Shown here piece after piece: positions 37,426-51,071 of a DNA stretch of 64,000 nt. Origin of the DNA: Geosiphon pyriformis uo1 (taxonomy: Eukaryota; Fungi; Glomeromycota). The translations under genes were made by a program, and so were the position numbers. Under the pieces are notes generated by a model. The model had not been told where the DNA came from, searched no databases, and saw nothing but the letters and a program-made list of their open reading frames with translations. The DNA is taken from NCBI GenBank assembly GCA_016748015.1, contig JAAOMT010000502.1, positions 682,001-746,000 of the forward strand, read 5' to 3'. How positions within the stretch are numbered: the first letter of the stretch is position 1; each line of letters starts with the position of its first letter.

Positions 37426-37889
37426 ATATCATTGTGTGATTATTTGTTGACAGTATAAATTATTTTTGTACTTTCAGATTTCCTGATTATCTTTTGAAAA
37501 ATATAGTGACTGAGATATTTTATAAGACTGATATTGCATATTAAATCTATACTTATTCAATTCACTCTTTGAAGTTGAATTCTCTTTGATTTTTTTCATC
37601 ACTCTACAATTCTGTTTTCCTTTGCTATCCATTAGCTTATTACTTCAACTCATAACAATATAATTAGCCACTCTATTTTTAAATAGTAATTATTGACCTG
37701 ATTAATGACTTAATTATTGACTTAATTATTGATCTAATTATTAATTTAATCAATAACCTGATTATTGACCTAATCATTAACTTAGTCATTAACCACTTTA
37801 AATAGATATATAAGCAATAAGTTTTTTAATTATAAAAAGACATGATTAAAGTAATAAAATAAAACCCATTATTAATTACTTCTTCTCAT

Positions 37890-38861
37890 TATTACCAGTA
37901 AAATTTTAGCTATTAATTAGCATGAAATTACCTTCACAATTCCTATTATTAATTAGCATATATTATTATTATTTCAATTATTACTTATTATTTAATCAAA
38001 TTATCAAATATTATTACTCAATTAATAACCCGATTTGTATTATAAAAATTAAGATGATCAAATTACACAATACCCTGAACCATTTAATATAGTCAAAATT
38101 CGTCGAAATTAATGAAAATTGGCCAAAATAATTAATAGTTTGTAGATATAACTTGTAGTCTACCAAAATGTATCTTTAATTTGCCGAAATTAAAGCAAAG
38201 AAAAAAGTGCAAGTTCAAAGACTAGTATTATAACAAGTTGTATAAAAGAAGAGCTTTTCTCTTCAAGAAAATATATCTTCTCAGAATATTTTACTATAGT
38301 ATCTTACTTTAGATATCTTAATTAGAACAAATTACTTTTTATATATTCAAATAAAAATTAAATATTCAAGAACCAAATCTTTTGATTATTACACTTAAAA
38401 TTCTCTCAAAACACAATTAACATTTTGAAATTAATTAACTACCAATTTCTGTAATCTGTTAGTAACTCCAGATCTAAATAGAAAACGTTTTCCTTAATAC
38501 AATTCTATTTTTTTTACATTTTTTTTATTTTCCTTTTTTTTCTTATTATAATTATTAAGGTAGTTTACAAACAAGATTTCTGTAGAAAAGTTGACTTTTA
38601 TAGCAAAATAACTACACATTTTTAGTAAGCTTCCAGATGAGCAATTCCTAGAAAAGAGTTGATGTTTACTACAATATAACTACACAAAGCAACTGGCATG
38701 AAATTAGCCATTCCATTTATAAACCCAGCAGTTCAAATTATAAAAAATAATTTGAAGATAAATTCAGTTATTGGAGATTCAACTACTTCTTTTAGTCATA
38801 AATTTACAACAAATAAACATTAATAACATTCAAAAAAAGAGACCAAAAACTTCTAGTAACA
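37890..38861 (+). repeat. Solo LTR, family A/C (C subtype), inside the 5' LTR of D'
   Basis: Collinear with 27184-28153, TSD TCAT. Confidence 0.93.
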
Positions 38862-41800
38862 TCATATTGCTTATTTCTTTTTCCCTATTTTCAAGTATTT
38901 AAACATCTTGGAATAAAAAATTACTTGTTAGTATTTACATATCTTATTTTTCTCTCTTCTTAATTGTATTGTTAGAATTAGCTTAAGAAACAATTATTTG
39001 CTCTTGTAATTCATTGAATAAAGAAACAATTAAAAAGCATAACAATATCTGTTATTGATTCTAAGAATTGCTGAATTGAGGCATAGAATAATAGCAGTGG
39101 TATTATTTTGTTGACAATTATGGACTATTCCTCTACTTTCAGATTTTCAGAAAATATTTACAACTGTGCTTTTTATGAGATTAATCATGCACATTGAATC
39201 TTTACTTATTCAATTCACTTTTATATTGTAATTCTCTTTTTGATTATTTCTATTACCTTATAATTCTGTTTTCTTTTGTTATTCATTAGCTTGTTATTTT
39301 AATCTGTAACATAAAAGTAATGCTTCTTGTAAAATTGTTAAAATTCACTTTGTTTTTTATTGTATAAATGATTATTCATATTTGTTACAACAATTAGAAG
39401 AATACTTTAAAGCACACAACAAAAAAAACCTAGACTTTATTAAACTTAATTTTTTGTCTTCCAGCTTGATTTGTTTTCTTATTAAAAAACAATCCAGTAG
39501 ACAATTCTAAGACTTCTAAAACTGGTTCCTAAACAAGCATTCAGCTGAAATCTACATAGTTTATACAACTTATTACTTTAACCAAGCTTATTTTAAAGAC
39601 AACTTTGAAAAAAAAACAACAGCATTAATCAGCTTTTATATTTCATAACTTTTGAACAACAGTTCCCTGATTTTGAATATCTGAATTATCAAATTCACAT
39701 CTGGATTGCTGCCCACTAGTTAGTTGAAATCATTTTTGAAACAAAAAAAAAGTTATCAAACCACTTCTGTTTTTGATTTCTTCTTAAGTAAATCAGAACA
39801 TTTTACATAAACAGCTACTTCTAAACCAATGATTAATAATTTCATGTAACAAAACATTTTGGCTGTTTTTCAAGATATACAAACTGCTTTAGAGTAAAGA
39901 AACAACATCTCATTATTATTATTTAGAAGTGATATACAAGATCCAATTAAATAGTTGAATGACTTTAAAAGAGCTGTTATAGTCAACTAATATAACAATG
40001 AATACAAGTTCCAAATCATTAATAAATATCTTCAAGATTCTTTTGCTATCTGGTTCTTACAAGAAACTAATGTCAATACTCAGCAAATATTAGAGAAAAC
40101 AACACCTCTTTTACTATTTGGTTTGAAAACAAATTCAGAATCTCAATATTAATATCCAAATAGTATATGGAATTAGAAAAAAGAATCCAAGACTCAGAAG
40201 AAGTAATAACTAAATATGCTAAAGTAATAAAAATGCTAATCAAATGAATAGACTCTGAAAAAAATTAGACAGAAGAACAAAAGATTCATTCCTTTACAAA
40301 AGAATTGAAAACTGATTTTTTTATGCTTTTTGGTTCCTCTTGGCTCTAAATAATAATTCCACAATGGATATGACTATTGAACTTGCTCAGAAAATAGAAG
40401 ACAATTAAAAAATGTACTTAGAATCTACACTTCCAGTTTTTGCTTCTGCTCTCCAAATGGCTGTTATTTCTTTTGCTGCCCAAATTTCAGACCCAAATAA
40501 ACAGTTAATAAATAGACTTACAGCTAATTTTGTTCAATTACTAAAACTCTTAACCCAAGCAGTCAAAGATAACTAGCAATTATAAAAATCCAGATTTAAA
40601 CCCTGTTTTAATTAGTCCTAGCAACTTTCTTATCAAGAATAACAAAATCATGGCCTATCTGTGTATTATTACTGTAGATTAACTGGACATTTCTCCAAAG
40701 ATTACAACAATCTTTTTCTGCCTTCTCTAACTCTTAGAAATAATAATAATCAGAACAACAAAACCAACAACAACTATGCCTTTAATCAAAGACCTAATCA
40801 TGTTAACATCAATTTTTTTGGAAAAGATTCTTTAGTTGAAACTACTGTTTATTAGTCTTTAAACTGGTAAGTGTATCTCCAAAAGATAAGAGTGCAAACC
40901 AACCAAAAAAAAACTCCTTTTACACTTTTAATCTAATTGATAATAACTATAACATAGATAAACTAGCAATCAACATCTCTGAATCAACAAGAAAAAAAAA
41001 AGCCAAGATTGATTTTATTCTAAACCCAAACAAAGTATTCACATCAACTGCCAATAACAATAAACTATCAAAGACTAAAGTTTTTAAGAATTCTCCAAAA
41101 TTAGAACCCTTAGAAATAGTACAAAAATCTGGTATTTATTTTATTGTCAAAAATCTCATAAAAACCTTAGCTTATATTATCTTTGGCCAATTAATAATCC
41201 ATTCACAATTCAAAAAAAACCTTTGCAAATCTCTAATTTTAAAGAAAAAAACACCAAAGACCAACAAGCATCTTTGTCAAGCTGGATTTGCTAACAACAG
41301 CAATGTTATTCCTTTCATTTACAAAGCCCAAGTGGCTGGTTATTTTATTGACTTGATTTTAAACAGTAGATTATATATAAGTATTATTGCCAAACATTTT
41401 CTGGAAGTCATTAGAAGAAAAATTGATGAACTTTCCATTCAGCTTATGACCAATATACATGATAACAAGAAGAAAGGCCTGGACATAGCCAAAGCTGTTT
41501 CTGTTTACATCAATGGCATTAGTATTGAAACTAATATAAAAGTATCTGAAGCCAAAGAGTACATTATAATTGTTAACAATAAATGGCTCAAAAAAACAAA
41601 AGTCTTGCTTGATTATGAACTTTGTGAACTAACCATCAGATGTGGTAAGAAACTTATTGTAATTAAATATTGTCATTGAACAACTCTCTTAGTACTCAAA
41701 CAAAATCAAGAAGATGAGCAATTGGATAAATTAGATGATAAAGAAAGTAATGAAAAAAAAGATTAAGAAAAAACTGCTAAACTTACTTATACTATTTTCA

Positions 41801-42752
41801 CCAGCAATGGCAAGCCACTAAATAATGTCAAAGTTGACAGAGAAAAAATCATTGTAAATGGCAAGCTAATTTGCTGACCTTACTATGACATACTTAGAAG
41901 AACTTTTAACAGAAAACCTAGTAAAAAAGCCAAATACAATTATTGATGGTATGATTCTTGTGCCAAATACTAGTGCAATAAACTTTTTGTATTTTTCTAG
42001 TAATAAATACAAGTCCTGTTTGATTTATTACAAAAATTAAAAGCCAATTAGTCTGATACTCAAAGAAAAAATAAAAAAAATACAGAAATTCTTTAAGAAT
42101 GAACTATCTAAGATCTAATTATTTGCAGTAAAACAAAAAGAACCCTTATTTGAAGAAAAAAAAGTAGACATTGAAAATCTGTTGACTAGAAATAGCCCAG
42201 TTATCTCAAAAAAAAGTAATACTTTTAGACAAACTTATGTAATACAACACACTATTACTACTAGAAAAACTTGCCCTATCTATTTGAAGTCTTATTAATC
42301 CAATTAGTATAATAATAAATTCATCAAGAAAGAGATAAACTAAATGAAAAATTTTGGATTCATACATGAAACCAAAAGTAAATAGACTTTTTCAATTTTA
42401 GTGATATCCAAAAAAGGTGGAATTCTATGCTTCTGTGTTGATTATTACTAATTAAATGTTATTACTATAAGAAACATATACCTACTTCTCAAAATTAATA
42501 AAATACTAAACAAATTCAATAGTGCTGCCTTCTTTTCAACCATTAACTTAACTATTGAATTTTGGCAAATAAAAATAGATCCAGAAAGAAAAAAAAAAAC
42601 TGTCTTTATTACCAAGTATGATACTTATAAATTTACAATCATGTTTTTTGGTCTTACTAATGCTCTTTTTATCTTTTAATATCTAATGAACAAAGTGTTT
42701 AAATCAATAAAAGAAAACTTTGTTTTGGTTTACTTAGACGACATAATAGTAT

Positions 42753-43430
42753 TGTTACAGGTTGGAGTAACAAGCTAACAGATAGCAAAAAAGAACAGTA
42801 TTGTATGGTGATGGAAATAAACAAAGAGGGAATTACAATAAAGGAGCGAATTGAATAAGTAAGGATTCAATGTGCATGATCAGTCTCATAAAAATCACAA
42901 TTGCTAATCTTTTCTTAAATCTGAAGGTAGAGGAATAGTCTGTAATTGTTAACAAGATAACACCGCTGCTATTATTCTATGCCTCAACTCAGCAATTCTT
43001 AGAATCAATAACAAGTATCATTGTGCTTTTCAATTGTTTTTTTATTCAATGAATTACAAGAGCAAGCCAATTGCTTCTCAGGCTAATTCTAACAAATACA
43101 AATCAAGAAGAGGAAAAGATAAGGTATGTGAATGCCAACAAGTAGATACTTGAAGGTAAGGAAAGGAGAATAAGCGATTATGAAAGGAAGTAATTGATAT
43201 TGTTTATTTCGTTACTTTTTTCATGTCTTTCTACAGTTAAGGGAATCATCACTTATATAGCTATCTAAAGTGGTCAACAACCAGATCAATAATCAGGTCA
43301 ATAATCAGGTCAATGGTCAGGTTATTGATCAGGTCAATGATCATTATCTAAAAATAGGGTGGCTAATTATATGACATCAGTGGCTAATACATGTGATAAT
43401 TAATAAAAACTATGTGTTTCAACCATAACA
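42753..43430 (-). repeat. Solo LTR, family D (D' subtype), inverted within the RT of D'
   Basis: TGTTA...TAACA termini, TSD GTAT. Confidence 0.93.
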
Positions 43431-43936
43431 GTATACTCAAAAACCTGAAATAAATACCTTGAACACTTGCAAAAGATTTTTGATCTCTTCAAAAATGCTG
43501 GTCTTAAGATAAACCCAATCAAATCTTTTTTTGGACAATAATCTACCCAGTTTTTTGGTTATTTTATTACAAAAGATAGAATTTTTCTTGATTTAGCCAA
43601 AATTAAAAAAGTCCAGAACATTAAACAACTGATAAATGTTCTTAAACTACACTTTTTCTTTGTATTGGCCTTTTATTATTGCAAATTTATCAAGAATTTC
43701 TCCAAAATCTTTTTTTTTTTAATTAACTACTCAGAAAAAATATCAATTACCATTAAAAAACACATTAACAAAGAGCAAAATTTGGGGATTCAAAAAAACT
43801 TCTTTCTCTCCTTCATTCAAAATTCCCAAAATAAAGAGTCAAAAAGTTTTATTGAAAGAAGTTTTTAGCCATTCAGTATAACAAATCCAAACTGTTTTTT
43901 GATTTCGAGACCACCATTGGCCTTACTATTACTGTC

Positions 43937-45741
43937 ATGAAGAAGGTTGCAAGAAATTCTGGTGCTGGTGGTGGTTTTAGACCTGTCTTGTCAAAAAAGA
44001 AAAGAAAGGGTGGTGTTTTGGTTGAGAGTGTTTTGGTGGGAAGGGGTGTTGTTGAAACAGCTAGTAATCATTTCCGTCATTCTGAGACTGGTGACACTAC
44101 CGAGTCTAAGAGCATTGATATGGAGGAAGAGTGCCTTGTTGAGAAGACCAGTATCGATTATGGCAAAAGTGTTGTCTTCGAAGGTGGGGATCCCAACCAA
44201 ACACTAAAGAGTTTGGGTATCAAAATCAAGACCAAGAAAGTATTGGACAAACCACTGGGCAAAATCAACTTTGAGGATGGCTTTGATGATGATGATTTTC
44301 TGGATGAGTCTGCCCTCTTTCTACTTTCTCTTCTACTCAAACCTTCCATTCATGTCTTTGTTTACAAATCCTTCGCTTTGGATATTGATTTGGTGGCCAT
44401 CACTGAGAAATCCTCTTAGGAAAAAGTCAATTTTGTCAGGAAAATTTTTTCTGGTGTGAATGGTTTGAGGGGGCCTCTACCCTCTCAAAATTTGGTGGAA
44501 TTATCCAGGCATTTTTTACTTCTGAACAGACAATAATGGTAGTGGTAAAAATGGCAAATGATCGTGGTGTTATGGTAAACACTGATCTCAAGCAACCAGT
44601 AAACAAACATACAGATCAGGCAATTGTGATTAAAGAGATTCCTGTTAGTACATCTATTGAGGCAGTGCACACAGTAGTTGCTAAATTTGGTGTAATCAAG
44701 TCGATTAAAATGCAACTAATGGGATTGTGACAGAAGACAATCATCGAGATAGAAGATCAAAATCAGGCTGATTTCTTGGTGGCTGAGTGGTCTATTTTTA
44801 TCAGAAAAGATGCAGTCTGAGTGGCCAGGGTTGATATGGACAAACAAACATGGGATTCCAGAGATGTATTCAGGGCTTTGCTCTATACTCTCCTTGTGGG
44901 AACCAATGCTCATAATCTTTGGAATTTTATTGGATCTGTAGATAGGAAGACTTGTGTCATTGACCACAATTCTATAAGCTACTTTCATGCACGCTGTGCC
45001 ACTGTGTGCTTTGATTCTGAAAACAGTCTAGTTTGGGCTATAGCCCAAATGCCAGTTATAAAGGGTGTTAGTTTTTGTTGATCCCACTTGGTGTCTGCTC
45101 AGTGCTCAGTTTGCAATGGTTTTGGCCATACTTCTTTAGCTTGTCATTTGACGGGCATGCCTGTGGTTTCTAAGAGCAAGAGAGCTCCTCTCTCAGCTCA
45201 GGACCAGTTGAGGTTGGCTAGAATCTATGAGAAGAAATCTGCTCCTGTTCCCTGTCCATTAGCTTTTGGTGGAAGAACTTGGACTTCTGTGGTTAATAAA
45301 CCACTCCTGCATGTGTCCTTTGGTGACTCTTTTCAGTCTGGTTCTGTCTTTGATGGTAAACCTGCTCCGCATTTGAGTATTGTCATGGAAAAGTGTTTGG
45401 TTGCTATTAAAAACAGTCTCACCAGCCTTGCGGAATGAATTGGTAAGTTGGCTCAGAAGTTAGATGCACTTGTACTAGTGGTTTCCCAGTCTAGTTCTGA
45501 AAGTCAGCCACTGGTGACCCCACCATTACAGGATCAGGTGGGCAATGTAGTGATGAGAGAGGATTCGAGTGCGGCCACTGGTGGTGAGACTGTGGCAATT
45601 CCTGGTTCGATTGTTTCTCTGGAAATCAAGAAATTGGAGTCTTTTTTGGCAGGTCTTTCTGCATCAGTTATGAGCCTGACAGCTTACTTTGATGATTTGG
45701 CCATGGCCAATAGTGTGCCCCCTATTTTGTCTTCTCAATGA
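43937..45741 (+). pseudogene. LINE ORF1 (RRM-like region and CCHC knuckle), disrupted
   Basis: IVIKEIPV...VAKFGVIKSIKM RRM-like segment, CSVCNGFGHTSLAC knuckle. One frameshift near 44470 plus nonsense codons. Confidence 0.85.
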
Positions 45742-48700
45742 GTAATTTCATTTGGAAAATTGCTACATGCAATGTTAAAAGGATAAATAATCTTGCTAAG
45801 CAAGCTGACATCATCTGTTGGCATAAGGATATGAACAATTTGGTTTCTATTGTTACTGAGACAAAGTTAAAGGATAGAGTGCAACCCTAGATTGCTAATA
45901 AGTTTGCCAGTGTTCATGTTTTTGTTTCTGGTTTGGGTGCTGGGTATCTTGGTTCTGGTGTGACTATTATTATAGACATTGCTTTAGCAAAACATGTATG
46001 TAAGATATCTGAGGTTTCAGGTCAGCTCCTTTTTGTCAAGATGCTTTTTAGGAATAAACTTTCTGTGTCCATTTTGGGGCTGTATGCGGGTGCTTTTTCA
46101 GCTGTTTGATTTTTTCAGACTGGTGGGATAAATTCTTTCATTGCTAAGACTGTGAACGAATCTTCTTTTGTCATTCTTGGTGGAGATTTCAACGAAGATG
46201 ACTCTTGTAGGTGTGCTAGCTTCAAGAAAAGTTTGGATTTGGGTCTGGTCAATTCTTTGAGTAGAAGTCCTTTTGCAAAAATGCCTACATGGTGCAATTT
46301 TCATGGTGCTTTTAAAACTATAGACTATGTTCTAGTTTCCTCTAACTTGATCAATGTAATTGTTTATCACAGTGTAGATGATGTTGGGAACTTTTTCAAT
46401 ACTGATCACAGTGTGGTTTCTATTTCAGTGGGTTTGGGTAGTTTGTTGAATATACAGCTTTCCTCATTATGTAAACAAGCCAACAAAGATTGTTGGAAGT
46501 TTGATGTTAATAATGCTGATAGGATAAAATGATGCAAATTTAGAGATACAATGGTTGCTAATGCTGCTATGCTTTCAAATAACTTTGCTGTGGCTAAGAG
46601 ATTCTCAGATATGGATTCAATGTGGGACATTGTTCACAAAATTTTGGTTCTGTTGGCTGGTAAGACATTCAGAAAGAAGTGGTTCAAGGGTTTTGATTGT
46701 GTTTTTACTAAGATGTTCTCTAAGTTCTATAAGCTAGAGCTTCTGGTTTCCAAGTTGGTGAAGGCTTCTCATGAGTCATCCAGTGACAATTTTGAGCTAT
46801 TATTGGAAATGTGAATCAAAATTGACCCTGATGGTACAGCAGTGATAAATTCTCTTTTTCTCTTGGGTTCTAATTTTGATGCCGTCCGTTCTTCATTGGC
46901 TAAGGCTAGAAAGTTTTACCACTCCTCCAAGCTACTGGAGTCCAGGCGTGCTAAGAAATCATGAATTAAACAAGCTATTGATAGAAGAATAGAGAGTTTT
47001 GAATTAGATAAAGGTCATACTATCAGAAGTGTTTTGGAGCGACCCTTTCAAAAAGTGGTTTTGGATCATCTGATGGTCGACAAAGAGTTGATCTTGGAGC
47101 CTGAGCCGGTTAGATCTAAAGTAGATGAAATTATAGAGGGTTGGACTAAGAAGCATGCAGTGGTTTCTGACATCTCTAATGATTGGGCTTAACAATATTT
47201 GCCTTTGAGTTATGTTTTTGATGAAGCCTTTTCTGATGTGATGGGTTTGATTAATTTTGATGAGATGTTCACTGTCATTTTGAATTTGCCTGATGGAAAA
47301 GCGGCTGGTCTTTCTGGCATCTCAAATGAGTTATGGAAGCATTGTGATAAATCGGTTTTGGATATGTTTTTGGTGCTCTTGAATTTCTGTTTGGCTCACA
47401 AATTAGTGTTTGGGCCTTAGAAAGAAGTGTGGGTCTCTATGATTCCCAAACCTTACAAATGGGAGGGTGTTCTTATGAATACTTGTCCTATTGCTTTGAT
47501 TGAAACAGCTTGCAAAGTTTTCTCCAAGATTCTTTCTGATAGGATTTCTCTAGCTTGCAGCAATTTTGATGTTCTTTGTGGTGACAATTTCTCAGTTTTA
47601 AGAGGTACTTCAACTCATTCCCCTATTTTCGCTGTGGGTTCGGTAGTTGAAGATGCTTTGAAAAAGAACCAGGAGCTTTGGTTGGTTTTGTAAGACATGC
47701 AAAAAGCATACAATTCTGTTGGTTGGGAGCATCTTAAAAAAAGTTTAGTTAGAATCAAGATGTGTAGCAAGTTTATTCATTTCTTTGGAAATATTTATAG
47801 AGATCGCACAAATCGGGTTATGACTGATTTTGGGCTGACTGATGGGTATCAGGTGCATGATGGTTTGAACCAAAGAGAGGTCTTCTCTCCCCTCCTTTGG
47901 CATATATTTTACAATCCTTTTCTGTATGAAGTCAAAAAACAAGAAAGTATGTGCAAATACAGATTGAACTCTTATTTCATCTTTAAAACTGGTCATGCTG
48001 AATTTCAGGCTGGACATTCTTCCTTTTTCACTGCCGGTGTTTTTATGGATGATACAATCTGGATTGGCAGCAGTCAGGTTGCCACTCAGCATATTCTTAA
48101 TATGGCCAGTAAGTTTTTTTGGATAAATAATATATCTATTAATAATGATAAGACAGTTGTCATTTCTATTAATTGCTGGGACGACATTCCATCTCTTTTT
48201 ATTAGTGGTTCTCTGATCTCTATTGCTAAAAAGGGTGAATCCCATCGTTATTTGAGTATCTTTCTGTCTACTGAAGGTCTTTCTAAACCAAGTTTGGCCA
48301 AAGCTCACTTAGATGTTAGATTTTTTACCAATTTTGTGCTAAGAAAAGCCATTTCGGATAAACAGTTTTCTTATTTGGTTTCTTCAGTTCTTTATCCTAT
48401 TGTTTGTTACAGGACTCAGTTTAGCTTTGTTTCCTTAAGTGTGTGTAACAAGTGAGATACTTTGATTTGTAAGGGTTTGAAATCAAAATCTGGCCTGTCT
48501 CTTGACTTTTCCAATGATGCACTTCATCATCCCTTCTTGTATAGTCTTAAAACTTTTAAACAAATTTAGGCTGAAAGCAAGCTAGCTTTGGTTGTGAGCT
48601 TTGCAAATTCTGTTGGTATCTTGGATCATTTATTCTCTCACAAGGCATATGATTTACAAGTTCTCAATTGGTGTTCATTTTATCCTTTGTGTTTTCCTGC

Positions 48701-50426
48701 TCATGTTAAAGTACCCTTTTTAAACAATTTCTTGGCTGGCATAGTCCGTATTTTTCTTGATTATAATTTGTCCTTTAGCAATTCTATGGCCAGTGCTTTT
48801 TGTTTCTGGAATGGAACTTTTTTGTCAAGTGTTCTTAGTGAATCATGTTTCGTCAGTTGTCAGGTGTCACTTCGTCACTATGGTATTGTTTTTGTGGAAC
48901 AGCTTTTTCATCGTGATGGTTCAATTTTTGATTGGCATACCTTCAAATGGTAGAAGAAATTAGATTCCCGTGGTCCCATTCCTTGCTGGTTTGATCTTGT
49001 TGTTGATTTTCTTAGGCACTTGGCTTTGTGTTTTTTGCCCTCTCATGTTGTGGACAATCTTGAACCTTTGAATATTTTGAAATTTAGTCAGTTTGACACA
49101 GTTCACAATAATCTGCTCAGTGTGGAAGCTAATAGTTTTTCTGTATACACGGATGGTTCTGTGGCTGGTTTGGGGACTACTGGCATGAGAGCTGGGACTG
49201 TGGCCTTTTTTGAGGATGTTGGTATGGGTCTGGAGATCGAAGTTTCTGATTTGGTTTCTTTAACTCTGGTGGAATTGCAAGCCATTGTCTTGGCTCTCGA
49301 GTGTGTTCCCCTTTCTAATTTGGTCATTTTATTTTCTGATAGTCAAGCTGCCTTGGATGCATACAAGTTGGAATTGGTTTTGGTGCATCCAGACTTTCGT
49401 AATTGTTGCTGGATTGAACATCATTACATAAAGAACATTGTTTGAACTAAAAACTTGAGTGTTGTTTGGTGTAAAGTGAAAGGTTATTCTGGTGTTTTAG
49501 ACAATGATGTTGCAGATATGCTTACCAACTTGGCTTCTTCTTCTGGATGCTTTCTTCCTTCTCATCTTGAAGAACATTTTATTTTGGCTAATGGCAATGT
49601 AGTTTCTAGTAATGCTAAGCATTTTGCTCGTGATATTTTTCAGTCCATTCATCGTGCACATTGGGAAGTGGGTTCTGGTTTAAGAATTATTGCAGATAAT
49701 TTGTTGGCTGATATAGATTGGTACAGATCTTCTCTTGTATGGCATTCTGACTTACACATGGCTGCTGGTTTTATAAGCAAATACACTGCTGGTGCTCACT
49801 CATATTTTATGAAGGCTCTACACCATCAGTTGCCAGTTGTCATTTGTAAACATCTTTATAACAAGTGTTACCTTAGTGTGGTGTGCCTTTTTTGTGGTAA
49901 TGTTAAGATTTCTGATCATGTGTTTACATGTGTTTCTAACACGGCTGTTCATGCCTGTTTATTGGATTCCCATGCAGCTATTTGGAAGTCTCTCTCTGGT
50001 CTTGTGTGGTCTTCTTTATGTGTTATGCAATTAATGTTACCTGGTGCTTCCAATGGGGTGGTGTTCACTGTTTTCTGTAAGAATGTCATTTTTAATGGTT
50101 GGTTCTAAGAAGCTGTTTCCATTTTTGGTGATTTTAAGATTGCAGGCTGTTTGGTGATCGAATTTGTGTGGGACTTTTGTCTGGCTTTTAGAGACAAAGT
50201 TTGGTTGGTTCATGCTAAGCATCGTGCTCTCATGAAGAAGAATGGATTGATTCCGAAGAATGGTTCCATTCTTGTTTCTGTGTCTGGACTTTTTACTACT
50301 TTTTCTACTGGTGTGGTTAAGTTATTAGGTATATCTGAAGCTTTTGGTGTTAGTTTTGGGTTGTGTAAGGCTTGTTTGTTTTTTTCTGGCATAGGGAATC
50401 TAGCTTCTGTTTATATAGGCGCTTAG
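45738..50426 (+). pseudogene. LINE ORF2 (APE endonuclease, RT, RNase H, C-terminal CCHC), about 1560 codons, nonsense mutations only
   Basis: IATCNV, GGDFN, IDYV, TDH (APE); KAAGLSGI, PIALIE, DMQKAYNSV, FMDD (RT); VYTDGS, ELQAI, SDSQAA, KVKGYSG (RNase H); CLFCG...H...C. All fragments are in one frame. Confidence 0.95.
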
Positions 50427-51071
50427 TATTGTCCTGATTGGCCTGAGTGGCTGGTCATGTGTAGAAAATACATGATTCACACCTAGTTTAGATCACTTAA
50501 TTTGATGTATTGTACTAGGTAGTGTTTGGACCTCACTCATTAAAACTTAATAAAAAAAAAAACAAAAAGCATTTAAAACTCTAGAAGAAAAACTGGTCAC
50601 TAAACCAATTCTTAAACAACCTGATTTAGATCAACTTTTCATCTTCTACACTAATATATTTGGCTATGAACTTGGTACTGTTCTTTTACAGAAAAATAAA
50701 GATGGCAGAAAACAGCTATAACATATGTCAATAGATCTCTTAAACCAACAAAAAAGAATTATTCAGTAACTAAACAAGAATGCTTAAAAGTAGTTTGGAC
50801 TACTAGTTACTAGAATCAATATTTTTTTGGTGTGAAATTTTTAGTAGTAACAGATTATTAAGTCTTGGTTTGGCTACACAAAGAAAAAAAGCTGAAACAT
50901 AAATGGATAATTTGCTAAATACTCCATTTGAATAAATTCAACTATAATATTCAACACTACAAAGGAGCTAATCATCAAAATGCTGACACTTTTTCTAGAC
51001 TTATTATCCAGTGATAGTACAACCTCTCAACTAAATCAACTTAATTATTAGTAAATCCTTTATAAACAAAC

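Larger units (their letters stand above)
29310..37657 (+). mobile_element. Ty3/Gypsy LTR retrotransposon D (complete, no dUTPase)
   Basis: LTRs 29310-29952 and 36249-37657 (split), TSD ATAT, PBS TGGTGCTTCCTGTGAAG 29959-29975, PPT 36238-36248. Confidence 0.93.
43778..50560 (+). mobile_element. Full-length LINE (APE-RT-RNase H), copy 3
   Basis: 11-bp TSD AACAAAGAGCA/AACAAAAAGCA (43767-43777, 50561-50571), AATAAA plus poly-A tail, two ORFs. Confidence 0.96.
39364..51014 (+). pseudogene. Element D' gag-pol (PR-RT-RNase H), disrupted and interrupted by a solo LTR and a LINE
   Basis: Collinear with 30005-34206. YLDD at about 42731 immediately precedes the solo-LTR insertion. Confidence 0.85.

Noticed and set aside
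47745-48308. Long antisense or alternative-frame ORFs (also 61435-61935, 61828-62271, 5819-6229)
   Set aside because: Shadow frames of TE coding sequence with no independent motifs.
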